This document shows positions 27,053 through 35,648 of a stretch of 64,000 nucleotides of DNA, piece by piece. Origin of the DNA: Dehalococcoidia bacterium. Its GTDB lineage: Bacteria > Chloroflexota > Dehalococcoidia > Lucifugimonadales > UBA3495. The notes beneath the pieces were generated by a model that saw only the letters and a list, made by a program, of their open reading frames with translations, was not told the origin of the DNA and ran no database searches. Position numbers and translations under genes: made by a program. The stretch spans positions 1,162,186 through 1,226,185 of the forward strand of contig CBDCQN010000003.1 of the NCBI GenBank assembly GCA_965220625.1, read 5' to 3'. Within the stretch, counting starts at the first letter, position 1; each line of letters begins with the position of its first letter.

Positions 27053-28204
27053 CTATTCTATGCTGGCGGCGTCGACCCCGGTCTTGAGAATCTCCCGGAG
27101 CAGGGAGGTGGCGTACGCGCCGGCCGGCAGGGTGACATCCACCATGTAGCCGTCGGCGGCCGGAGTTAGAGACAAGCCCTCGGGCCGCACCCGGCTGATC
27201 CGCCAATCGCCGCGGGCGACGCTCCGAAGGTCGCCGCGGGTCAACCCGAAGTGGTCAAGGACCTCCTGCTCGACGGCTCCGGCCTCGCCGCCGTTTCCCC
27301 GGACCTTGCGTCCGTAAAGGGGCAGGACCGCGCTGATCTCCAAGCGCCGGGCGCGGTCCGACTCTACTTCCACCCGGGCGTCCTCCACCACGAACATTCC
27401 GCCGGTGTCGTGCTTTTTGGCCCGGTCGCCTCGGACGATGCGGTCGTGCATGCCACGCTCGATTCGCAGCTTCAGTATCCAGTTGAAGAGATGGGACTGC
27501 AGGGCCGAGAGGAAGAACCGGTGCAGGTTGCGGCCTCCGGGCACCCGCTCCCCTCGCAGCAACCGCATCGCGTCGATTACGTTGCTGTTGAAACGTCCGA
27601 ACCTCTGGGGCCCAAAGTAGTTGGGCAGTCCTGCGGATTCCAGTAGCGTAATTATGGCCTCCGCACTGGACGCCCAACCTGGTTCGGGCCTGCGGACGGT
27701 GATCTGGAAGCGGTTGCCGCGAAGGCGGCCCGCGACGAGCGCCCTGTCGTGACGGGAGGTTTCCAGCACCCGGAGGCCGTCGACGTCGTCCAAGGATTCG
27801 AGGGCGGAAGCGGATTCTTCCGGCACGCTGAGCCATTGCCGGGTAACGGCGTGCTTGTCCTTACGACCGGCCACTCCGATGTCATTGAAGGCGACGCCGC
27901 GGTCGCGCAACATCGCCGCCAGGTCGTGGGTCGTCAGCCCCCGCTTTTCGATCAGGGCGTAGGCGAAATCTCCCTGCCCGGAGGGATAGAACGCCGGGAT
28001 TTCGGTGACGACGAAATCGTCGACACAACTCCGGATAACGCCTCCCGTCCCCGGCAGGCCGGCCGAGACGGCGGGCAAGACCGACCAGTCGAAACGCAGG
28101 TCGGGGCTGCCGTCATTTGACGGCGAACTCTCCGGTTCCGCAGGTCCGGTGAGCGCCGGGGCGTTAAGCGCCCCGTTGCCGGAAGATTTCGTTGGCGAGG
28201 TCAA
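27053..28204 (-). CDS. truD: tRNA pseudouridine(13) synthase TruD
   Basis: GRKDKHAVTRQW catalytic motif and FVVTEIP N-terminal region. The start is uncertain because the ORF overlaps the upstream gene by 41 nt. Confidence 0.75.
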   Translation of the reverse strand: MTSPTKSSGNGALNAPALTGPAEPESSPSNDGSPDLRFDWSVLPAVSAGLPGTGGVIRSCVDDFVVTEIPAFYPSGQGDFAYALIEKRGLTTHDLAAMLRDRGVAFNDIGVAGRKDKHAVTRQWLSVPEESASALESLDDVDGLRVLETSRHDRALVAGRLRGNRFQITVRRPEPGWASSAEAIITLLESAGLPNYFGPQRFGRFNSNVIDAMRLLRGERVPGGRNLHRFFLSALQSHLFNWILKLRIERGMHDRIVRGDRAKKHDTGGMFVVEDARVEVESDRARRLEISAVLPLYGRKVRGNGGEAGAVEQEVLDHFGLTRGDLRSVARGDWRISRVRPEGLSLTPAADGYMVDVTLPAGAYATSLLREILKTGVDAASIE

Positions 28205-28958
28205 TAGCGGCCCTGGTGAAGGGCAGTCCTCCGTAGAAGGTGGTGTGAATAAACACCTCTACGATTTTCTCCTGGCTCATGCCAATGTTGAGGCCGGCCT
28301 GGATGTGGCTGCGCAACGGCCCCTCCCGGCCCAGCGCAGTCAGGCAGGCCAGGGTGCAGATGCAGCGACTTTCCAGGTCCAGGCCCGGCCGGGTCCAAAC
28401 AGCTCCCCAGTAGTACTCAGTGGTAAGGCGATTGAACTCTCGTTCGGCCTGGGTCACCGGTTCGGGCCCGGGGCCGCCGGGCGGGCTGCCCAAGTACTCC
28501 TGGCGGCGCTCCACACCCCGGTTGTACAGGTCTTCGGGCGTGTCGTTGGGGTCGAACACCAGTTGCGGCGAGAAATCGATGCCCTGCTCGTCGAACACCT
28601 TCTTGGCCACCCCCATGGCGTTGAAGGCCGTGGGGACCCCGCCGTAGAAAGCGGCGTGAATCATGACCTCGATTACCTGCTGGGGCGTCAGTCCCAGATT
28701 GACGGCGTTGCTCACATGGCGGGTCAGTTGGTTTTCCCGTTGCAAGACGGTAAGCACGGAAAGTGTAACCATCTCCCGGTGCTCGATTTTCAGCCCGGGA
28801 CGCCGCCAGATGGAGCCGAACAGCGCCTCGTCGGCGATACGGTGCAGGTCAGGCGCCATTTCCCGGGACGCCGGGACCGAACCGGAGCTGGGGGAGCCCC
28901 CGCCGAACTTGGCACGGATTTCCGCGCCCCTCTGTTGCCGTTCGTTCAAACTCGTCAT
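28164..28958 (-). CDS. Carboxymuconolactone decarboxylase (CMD/AhpD-like) family protein, two tandem CMD domains
   Basis: Two repeats of the R-x-G-L-x-x-x-x-R/H-x-x-x-T-L...H-x-x-F-Y-G-G-x-P pattern. 264 aa. Confidence 0.75.
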   Translation of the reverse strand: MTSLNERQQRGAEIRAKFGGGSPSSGSVPASREMAPDLHRIADEALFGSIWRRPGLKIEHREMVTLSVLTVLQRENQLTRHVSNAVNLGLTPQQVIEVMIHAAFYGGVPTAFNAMGVAKKVFDEQGIDFSPQLVFDPNDTPEDLYNRGVERRQEYLGSPPGGPGPEPVTQAEREFNRLTTEYYWGAVWTRPGLDLESRCICTLACLTALGREGPLRSHIQAGLNIGMSQEKIVEVFIHTTFYGGLPFTRAAIDLANEIFRQRGA

Positions 28959-29010
28959 TTCACCCCTGAGGTCCGAATGGTCGAGTTGGATCCGCGGTTG
29001 TGCCCGGCTT

Positions 29011-30093
29011 CTACCCCAGGTGCTCGATCTTGGGCGCGACTTCCTCCATGAGCAGCCGCTGAGAGCGTTGCACCAGCGAATGATCGTCGGGGTCCATAGT
29101 CACGTTGAGCAGGTAGCCAAAGCCGCCGGTGTCTTCGTAGCTCTTTTCGACCTTTTCGGCGACTTCCGCCGGGTCCCCGACAATCCAGATGTTCTCCATC
29201 ATGTAGTCGACGTCGACTTCCTCGTCAGTCATGGACTGATCGTTCTTCAGGTAGCCGAGGATGCCGCCGGCCTTGCGGTTTTTCCACTGGTGGTCCTCGA
29301 AGGGCTTACCCAAAACGACCCTGGCTTCCTCTCGGGCCGACTGGGGCGTTTCGCCGACATAGATGTCGCGGCCCAAGCGCAGATCGCTGCGTTTGGCCTC
29401 GCGGCCGGTGCTGGCGGCCCCTTCCTCCATGGTCTTCCACATGTCGGGGATGAACCGGTCGGGCAGGTTGCTCATCGGAATCCAACCCCGCGCCCCAGCC
29501 ATCCGTATCGTGTCTGTGGTCGGGGTGGAGGCGGCTACGCCGATGGGAGGATGGGGGTCCTGGTACGGCTTGAAGTAGAGGCGGCGGCCCAGCTCGGACA
29601 TGGCCTCGGGGGCGTGGACCTGGTAATACTTGCCTTCGAAACCGAACTTGCCTTCATCGGCGGCGGCCCAGAGCCCCAAGACCACTTCCAGCGCCTCTTT
29701 GCCCTGCTCACGGACATCGTCCATGCTGTCGAAGTTGACGCCGTAGAGTTGCAGGTCGGTGGGCAGCGAGCGGATCCCGATTCCCCAGTAGAACCGGCCC
29801 CGGGCCATGTGGTCGATCATGGCGATGCGGTGGGCGGTGTCCACCGGGTGGTGCAGGGGCAGCATGGTGACGCCGGTGCCCATAACGATGTTCTCGGTGA
29901 GCGCCAACGCTTGGGCGATCAGCAACTCGGGGACGGGCGCGTTTTCCCAGGTCTCGGTGATGTGCTCGCCGATCCAGGCCTCGTGGATGCCGAGGCGGTC
30001 GGCCTGCACGATGAGCTCTATGTCGCGGTCGTACGAATCGGACGGCGTCCGATGTGGGGGATGCAGGGGCATCATGAACAGCCCGAATTCCAT
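29011..30093 (-). CDS. LLM-class flavin-dependent oxidoreductase
   Basis: MEFGLFMMPLH...AWIGEH luciferase-like N-terminus. 360 aa. Confidence 0.8.
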   Translation of the reverse strand: MEFGLFMMPLHPPHRTPSDSYDRDIELIVQADRLGIHEAWIGEHITETWENAPVPELLIAQALALTENIVMGTGVTMLPLHHPVDTAHRIAMIDHMARGRFYWGIGIRSLPTDLQLYGVNFDSMDDVREQGKEALEVVLGLWAAADEGKFGFEGKYYQVHAPEAMSELGRRLYFKPYQDPHPPIGVAASTPTTDTIRMAGARGWIPMSNLPDRFIPDMWKTMEEGAASTGREAKRSDLRLGRDIYVGETPQSAREEARVVLGKPFEDHQWKNRKAGGILGYLKNDQSMTDEEVDVDYMMENIWIVGDPAEVAEKVEKSYEDTGGFGYLLNVTMDPDDHSLVQRSQRLLMEEVAPKIEHLG

Positions 30094-30171
30094 ATTCGTC
30101 CTCCTTGGTCCCTATCGCCGGTCCCTATTGCCGAAGAAGTTTAGTCGCTTCGCGTGCCCGGCGGCCGTGTA

Positions 30172-31083
30172 TTAGCCCGGCCGGGGCGCCGGCACCGGCA
30201 GGCCCGGAACGTTTAGTTGGACCGACCAGAGTGTGTCCCAGGTCGTGAAATACAGGGTCTTCCAGTCTCCGCCGCCAAAGCCGAAGTTGGTGGTGATGGG
30301 CCGGTCGTGCTCGATGGTGCCCAGGTGATCTCCCGAAGGACCAATGATCCAGACGCCGCCGGAGCCGCCGACGTACACGTTGCCCTCCACGTCGACCTTC
30401 ATGCCGTCAGGGAAGCCTGGGCGCTCGCCCAGGTTGTTGCTGAACACCCGGCTGGTCGCCACGGCCGGAAGTCCGTTGGGCAGCATGTCGAAGGCCCGCA
30501 GGTGGCCGCGCCGGGAGTCTATGATGTAGAGAATCGACTCGTCAGGCGAGAACGCCAGGCCGTTGGGGCCGACGAAATCGCGGGCGATGAGCGTGATGCT
30601 TCCCAGGTCCGCCGAGACCCGGTAGACGCCGGGAAAGCCGAGGTCCCATTGGGTCGGGTTGGCAATACCGGCACTGGGGTCGGTGAAGTAGATGGAGCCG
30701 TCGGATTTCACGACCACGTCGTTGGGCCGGTTGAGCTGGCGTCCCTGGAAGCTGTTGGCAATCACGGTGATGCTGCCGTCAGGCTCTTGGCGGGCGACCC
30801 GCCGGGCCTCGTGCTCGCACGCTACCAAGCGTCCTTGGGGGTCGCGGGTCAGACCATTGGCCTGATAGGTGCCTTCCGCGAAGACCGAGGCCCCCTCGCC
30901 GGGGGTGTACTTGATGCGGCGGCTGTTGTGAATGTCGCTGAAAAGAAGGTAACCGCCCTCCTGCCACCAGACCGGGCCTTCCGCAGGGCCCATCTCTCCG
31001 CCGTAACCGGTGGCCAACTCCTGAACGGCCTGGTCCGTGTCGATCAACCGGGCCAACGCCGGGTCCAACTGCGTGATTGGCAT
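30172..31083 (-). CDS. SMP-30/gluconolactonase/LRE family protein
   Basis: EGPVW...LLFSDI, RPNDVVV..DGSIYFTDP and PDGMKVD motifs. I prefer the ATG at 31083, preceded by gaggaa. Confidence 0.8.
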   Translation of the reverse strand: MPITQLDPALARLIDTDQAVQELATGYGGEMGPAEGPVWWQEGGYLLFSDIHNSRRIKYTPGEGASVFAEGTYQANGLTRDPQGRLVACEHEARRVARQEPDGSITVIANSFQGRQLNRPNDVVVKSDGSIYFTDPSAGIANPTQWDLGFPGVYRVSADLGSITLIARDFVGPNGLAFSPDESILYIIDSRRGHLRAFDMLPNGLPAVATSRVFSNNLGERPGFPDGMKVDVEGNVYVGGSGGVWIIGPSGDHLGTIEHDRPITTNFGFGGGDWKTLYFTTWDTLWSVQLNVPGLPVPAPRPG

Positions 31084-31258
31084 GAACGATTCCTCGCCGA
31101 AGTGGGTTGGCGCCAGTATAGCACTCGTGCCCACTGCGGACATCAGAGAAACGGGGATGAGGACGCGTGATGGCTGCTTCCAAGGCAGAGGCAAAGGGGC
31201 CCTCAGTTTGTATAGAGGACCCTTGTGTTACCTGCGGTCGTGACCCCGTCCCGCGGGC

Positions 31259-33451
31259 CTACCGGCTGTACCCCGAGGGCGTCGGCGGGAGCTTCCGGCC
31301 TCTTGCGGCGCCGGTGATTTCTCCGAGGACGAACCGGAAGTCTTGGTAGGCAATCAACCGCCCCAGGCTCCCCTCTAGCGACTCGAGCAGACGGGAGAGT
31401 GAGGCCAGTTCGGAGTGGATGTCCGGATAGTAATCGCCGCCGGCATGTTGCAGGCCGCTATAGCGGTCCGCCGACAACGCTACAATGGCGCCGAACTGCA
31501 ACAACGAGGCGCCGGTCCGGAAGCGGTCGCCGGGACGGCCCGAGACTTCGGCGCGCTGACCCCGCGACTCACCGGAACCGGGCACGACCCAGCGCAGTTC
31601 CACGCCGCCCAGGTCGACCTCACCGCCCGGGCTCCACGCCTTGGGGTGCAACTCGAGCTCGTAGAAAACCGTGGTGGCCGCGCCGGAGGGTATCTCGGCG
31701 AACTCCTTCCGGTCTTGGACAAACGTCTCATCCGCAGTGACCCGGTTCTCGTACCCCACGATGCGCCAGGACCGTACAAGGTCCGGGTCCCAGGTGACTT
31801 GGGCGCGGGCCTGATCGGCGTATGGATTGGATAGCGCCAGCCAGTTCTCCCGGCTGAAGGTCATCCGGGCTTGGTCCGTAGTGTCCAGGTACCGGTACCA
31901 GCCGTTACCGTACTGGGCAAGTTGCTCCAACAGGTAGTCGTTGTAGTTCTCGACGCCCACGCCGATGGTAATCAGCCGCAGGGGGTTCCGGCCGTCCGGC
32001 CTGTCGTCCGGGTCGCGGGCCGTCTCCAGTATGGCGAAAGGATCGGTGGCGTCGACGTTGGCCACGCCGTCGGACATCAGAATCACGTAATTGTAGGCAT
32101 CGGGACGGCGCCGCCGGGCCTCGTCGGCCAACCGGACCCCCAAGTCCAGGCCAGCCTGTACGTTGGTGCTGCCGTGGGGTTGCAGCGCGCTGATGGAATC
32201 CTCCACAAACCGGTCATCAGGGTCCCGGTGTTCCACGGTAAGGTGATTGAGAACGTAGTCGGTAAAATGCACGACGGCGATGCGGTCTTGGGACCGCAGG
32301 CTTTGACGGATGGTCTCGGCCGCCTGACGGGCGATGGCCACGCGGTTCCCGCTGGCCATAGACCCGGAGGCGTCCAATACCAACGTCACGTTCAACGGCG
32401 TGTGGTCGGGGACCTCGGCGGCTTGAAAAGCGATGCGCGCCAAGTGTTTTCCACCGTCCAAGGGGTGTTGGACCATGTCGCTGGTAATGGCGAACCCCCA
32501 ATCGTCCGACGGCGGCCTGTAGCCGTAGTCGAAGGAGTTGACCCACTCCTCGGCCCGCACGGAATCGGGGGCGACCTCGTAGCCGGACCGGGCCCAGTTC
32601 AGGGCCAGTTGGAATGAAGTACGGTCCGTGTCCAGGCTGAAAGTGGAAACGGCGTCTTCGGCCGTGGGAACAAAAGGCAGCCGTCCGTAGTCCCTGAACG
32701 TCGTGGCGCCGGGCCTGTTGGGTTGAGGCTGAGCCGTCGGAGGCAAGTAACCATCCCCCCGTGGCGCCATCGTCGCTGCCGGCGCACTTTCAGCGGCCGC
32801 AGCCGCAGGGGTAGCGGCTGCGGCCCAAGGCGCTTGGGTCGGAGCCGGCTGAGGCGCGGCAGTCGGCATGGGCATAGCGGTAGCGCGGGGCTCGGCGGCC
32901 GGCGCTTCGGTGGGGGCGGGGGCGGCTATTGGAGTGGCGGCGGGCTGGAGGGCGGCAGCAGGCGCTTCCTCACGACCGGGCGAATCCGCTTGGTCGCGTT
33001 CGGACTCAACAGCGGCAGCCAGCGGAGCCGGCGTTTCCTGCGCCTTGGGAACGCCGGTGGCGGCGGGGAGCCCCGCAGGTCGGGACGCTGCGGCAGGCGG
33101 CGCCGCCGTCGCGTCTTGGCCCGATGCCATCGAGCCCGGTTCGCCGTCGCCGTCTCCGACGAACGTCCAGATGCCGGCGACAGCCACCACGGCGACCACA
33201 GTCACAACCGCTGCCGCCAGCGCGGGGGCCCATCGCCGTTGGCCGGTTCCGGTGAGCAGCCACAACCCCGGAAGCCGCCGGGTTGGCTTCTCCTCCATGC
33301 GGCCCTCCAACTGCTGCCACGGGTCGCCCGGGTGGACAAGGTCGCTGGCTTCAGACGCGAAATGGTCTCGAAGGACGCCTTCCATTTCCTGGTCGAATTC
33401 CCGGCCGGATTCCCGGTCGGATTCCTCGTTGGCCGAACCGTTAGCGGCCAT
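31259..33451 (-). CDS. Membrane-anchored anti-sigma-like protein fused to a vWA (YfbK-like, vWA plus DUF3520) ectodomain
   Basis: One TM helix (AAVVTVVAVVAVAGIW), a long Ala/Pro-rich linker, a VLDASGSM vWA MIDAS motif, and an 11-nt overlap with the ECF sigma gene. Confidence 0.75.
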   Translation of the reverse strand: MAANGSANEESDRESGREFDQEMEGVLRDHFASEASDLVHPGDPWQQLEGRMEEKPTRRLPGLWLLTGTGQRRWAPALAAAVVTVVAVVAVAGIWTFVGDGDGEPGSMASGQDATAAPPAAASRPAGLPAATGVPKAQETPAPLAAAVESERDQADSPGREEAPAAALQPAATPIAAPAPTEAPAAEPRATAMPMPTAAPQPAPTQAPWAAAATPAAAAAESAPAATMAPRGDGYLPPTAQPQPNRPGATTFRDYGRLPFVPTAEDAVSTFSLDTDRTSFQLALNWARSGYEVAPDSVRAEEWVNSFDYGYRPPSDDWGFAITSDMVQHPLDGGKHLARIAFQAAEVPDHTPLNVTLVLDASGSMASGNRVAIARQAAETIRQSLRSQDRIAVVHFTDYVLNHLTVEHRDPDDRFVEDSISALQPHGSTNVQAGLDLGVRLADEARRRRPDAYNYVILMSDGVANVDATDPFAILETARDPDDRPDGRNPLRLITIGVGVENYNDYLLEQLAQYGNGWYRYLDTTDQARMTFSRENWLALSNPYADQARAQVTWDPDLVRSWRIVGYENRVTADETFVQDRKEFAEIPSGAATTVFYELELHPKAWSPGGEVDLGGVELRWVVPGSGESRGQRAEVSGRPGDRFRTGASLLQFGAIVALSADRYSGLQHAGGDYYPDIHSELASLSRLLESLEGSLGRLIAYQDFRFVLGEITGAARGRKLPPTPSGYSR

Positions 33452-33998
33452 TGCCTTTTACCTCCACGTCCATAAACTCGCGGAGTTCCTCCCGGAGTTG
33501 GCCCAACGCCCGGTGCAGGCGGGACTTGACCGTCCCCTCCCGCAACCCGATGGACCGGGCCAATTGAGGGACCGTGAGTTCGGCGAAATACCGCAGTACG
33601 ACGACCTGCCGGTGTTCCGGGCTCAGTCTTTCCAGGGCCTGCCGGACCGTTTGCCGGCTCTCGTTTATCTCCAGCGACTCGGCGGGGCCGGCCGACTCGT
33701 CGGGCCGGTCCCATTCACCCAAGGGAGCGGTGACCACGGCTCGTTTCCGTTGATGGGAGAGGACGGCGTTTACCAGGACCCGCATCAGCCAGGGTTTGAA
33801 GGGGCGTCCGCGGCGGAAGCTCCGGATGCCTTTCCAGGCCGACAGCAATGCCTCCTGCACCTGTTCTTCCGCCAAGGCCCGGTCGCTCGTCATAAGAAAC
33901 GCCGTGCCGAAGAGAACGTCCTTGTACCGTTCCACCAAGTAGCGGAAGGCATCGCGGTCGCCGTTCTGGCAACCGAGAACGGCTTCGTCGTCTGTCAT
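33441..33998 (-). CDS. ECF (sigma-70 family) RNA polymerase sigma factor
   Basis: 185 aa. Region 2 (FRYLVERYKDVLFGTAFLMT) and region 4 (LSPEHRQVVVLRYFAELTVPQLA). Confidence 0.85.
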   Translation of the reverse strand: MTDDEAVLGCQNGDRDAFRYLVERYKDVLFGTAFLMTSDRALAEEQVQEALLSAWKGIRSFRRGRPFKPWLMRVLVNAVLSHQRKRAVVTAPLGEWDRPDESAGPAESLEINESRQTVRQALERLSPEHRQVVVLRYFAELTVPQLARSIGLREGTVKSRLHRALGQLREELREFMDVEVKGNGR

Positions 33999-34154
33999 CT
34001 GTAGCCCTCATGGGACTTCGAAATGGGTTACGCCGAATAATACGCGCCGAAGCGGCAAATCGTTCCGCCGTTTGCTCAACGGAAAATAAACGGCGGGTGT
34101 GAGCGGAGAGGTTGGACAATGACGAAGGCGCGTCAGGGTCCGAGGCAGACACGG

Positions 34155-34192
34155 CAAAAAATGATACCCCTTGGCGTTCGGCCAAGGGGTAT
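34155..34192 (-). terminator. Rho-independent terminator downstream of pstS (ataccccttggc / gccaaggggtat followed by a T-run on the minus strand)
   Basis: Perfect 12-bp stem at 34164-34175 / 34181-34192. The plus-strand A-run at 34155-34161 is a U-tract on the minus strand. Confidence 0.6.
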
Positions 34193-34357
34193 GCGGGGAC
34201 ACAGAGCGTCTCAAGAAAATGCTCCTCATCCGTCGTCTTGAGGAGCGTGAACTGGATAAGCGGACTGGCGCGGCCTCCGCTCTCCCCAAAGCGGAAGCCG
34301 CGTTCGTCCCTCAATAATGGGCCCTGTCCACGGGCCCCGGTGATTGGCGTTAGTGGT

Positions 34358-35437
34358 TTACTGGCTGGCCTCGAGTACTTCCTCGACGGTCCCGCTCAGC
34401 TTGGCGTCACCGCCGAACACGGCGCCGGTCGTGCCATTCTGGAACTTGGCCAGTCCCAATTCGTAGACCCGGTCCTGGAAAGGTATGTAACCGGTCTCGT
34501 TGATGAGATTCCGGGAAGCGTTGTCGAGGTAGAATTTGATGAACTCCTTGATGTGGGGCTCGTCCAGAACATCGGCCCGGACGTAGATGAACAGCGGGCG
34601 GGACAACGGGCTGTACGTTCCGTTGTTGATCGTCTCTGAGGTAGGGATGATGCAGCCGTCTCCGCCGTCGATGCCGACGACCTTGAGGATGTCTCTGTTC
34701 TCTTCGTAGTAGGCGTAACCGAAATAGCCGAGGGCGCCGCGGTCGCGGGAGATTCCCGTGACCAGCACGTTGTCGTCTTCACTGAAGATGCCGTCGCCGC
34801 GGGAGGCTTGGGACTCGCCATTCACCGTCTCAGTGAAGTAGTCGAAGGTGCCGGAGTCGGTGCCCGGTGCGTAGAGCCTCAGGTCCTCATCGGGCCAGCC
34901 AGCCCGCACCTGGCTCCATTTCTTGACCACGTCTTCCGCTTCCGGGGCCCATACCGTATTAAGCTCGTCGACGGTCATGCAGTCGACGAAGTCGTTCTCG
35001 TTGTTCACCAGAACGCTGAGGCCGTCTATGGCTACCGGGATTTCCACGTAGTCGGTCCCGGCGTCGGCGCAGAGGTCGATCTCTGACTGTTGGATAGGCC
35101 TGGAAGCGTCGGAGATTACGGTCTCGCCGCCGCAGAACTTCTTGAAACCGCCGCCGGTTCCGGAGATGCCGACCACCACCCGGACATTGCCGTCGGTCAT
35201 TTCGCCGAACACCTCGGCCATGGCTTCGGTGACGGGATACACCGTGCTGGAGCCGTCAATTTCGATAAGCCCCTCCAAGTCCGTCAGTTCCATCTTCGCT
35301 TCGGCCGGGGACTCGGCCGCTGCCGTGGGGGAAGCTTGACTGGCTTCGTCACCGCCGCAGGCGACCAAGGTCACGGCCAGCATTGCCAGCCCAACCAGTC
35401 CAGGTAAGAGCGGATTTCGTACCGGGAACGCGCTCAT
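34358..35437 (-). CDS. pstS: Phosphate ABC transporter substrate-binding protein PstS
   Basis: Signal/lipobox-like N-terminus (LVACGG) and IDGSSTVYP...[13 protein letters not shown] motifs. 359 aa. Confidence 0.85.
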   Translation of the reverse strand: MSAFPVRNPLLPGLVGLAMLAVTLVACGGDEASQASPTAAAESPAEAKMELTDLEGLIEIDGSSTVYPVTEAMAEVFGEMTDGNVRVVVGISGTGGGFKKFCGGETVISDASRPIQQSEIDLCADAGTDYVEIPVAIDGLSVLVNNENDFVDCMTVDELNTVWAPEAEDVVKKWSQVRAGWPDEDLRLYAPGTDSGTFDYFTETVNGESQASRGDGIFSEDDNVLVTGISRDRGALGYFGYAYYEENRDILKVVGIDGGDGCIIPTSETINNGTYSPLSRPLFIYVRADVLDEPHIKEFIKFYLDNASRNLINETGYIPFQDRVYELGLAKFQNGTTGAVFGGDAKLSGTVEEVLEASQ

Positions 35438-35493
35438 TCTTTACTCCTGTTTTTTACACATGATGAGGAATCAGCATCAGGGTATGCCGAGGC

Positions 35494-35521
35494 TTTGAAT
35501 GGCGCGTTACCGAAATGTTAA
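35494..35521 (-). promoter_or_regulatory. Candidate Pho box: three hexamers with exact 11-bp phasing (TTAACA / GTAACG / TTCAAA on the minus strand)
   Basis: Plus-strand tttgaa at 35494, cgttac at 35505 and tgttaa at 35516, which is 57-84 nt upstream of the pstS ATG. Resembles Gram-positive-type PhoP TT(A/T/C)ACA repeats. Confidence 0.35.
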
Positions 35522-35585
35522 AGAAGGATTAAGGCCGGGTTAGGCAGCGATTAATCGCCCAGCTCCCGGAGCGTACAGCCATGAC

Positions 35586-35610
35586 GGTGAACGGAAAAAT
35601 TGGTGAACGG
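35586..35610 (-). promoter_or_regulatory. Direct repeat CCGTTCACC x2 (16-nt period) upstream of pstS
   Basis: Plus-strand ggtgaacgg at 35586-35594 and 35602-35610. GTTCACC is the core of actinobacterial-type PHO boxes, but the spacing is atypical. Confidence 0.3.
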
Positions 35611-35648
35611 CCGGTAAGAGGAGAGACCCGTGGAGCAGGACGGCCGTA

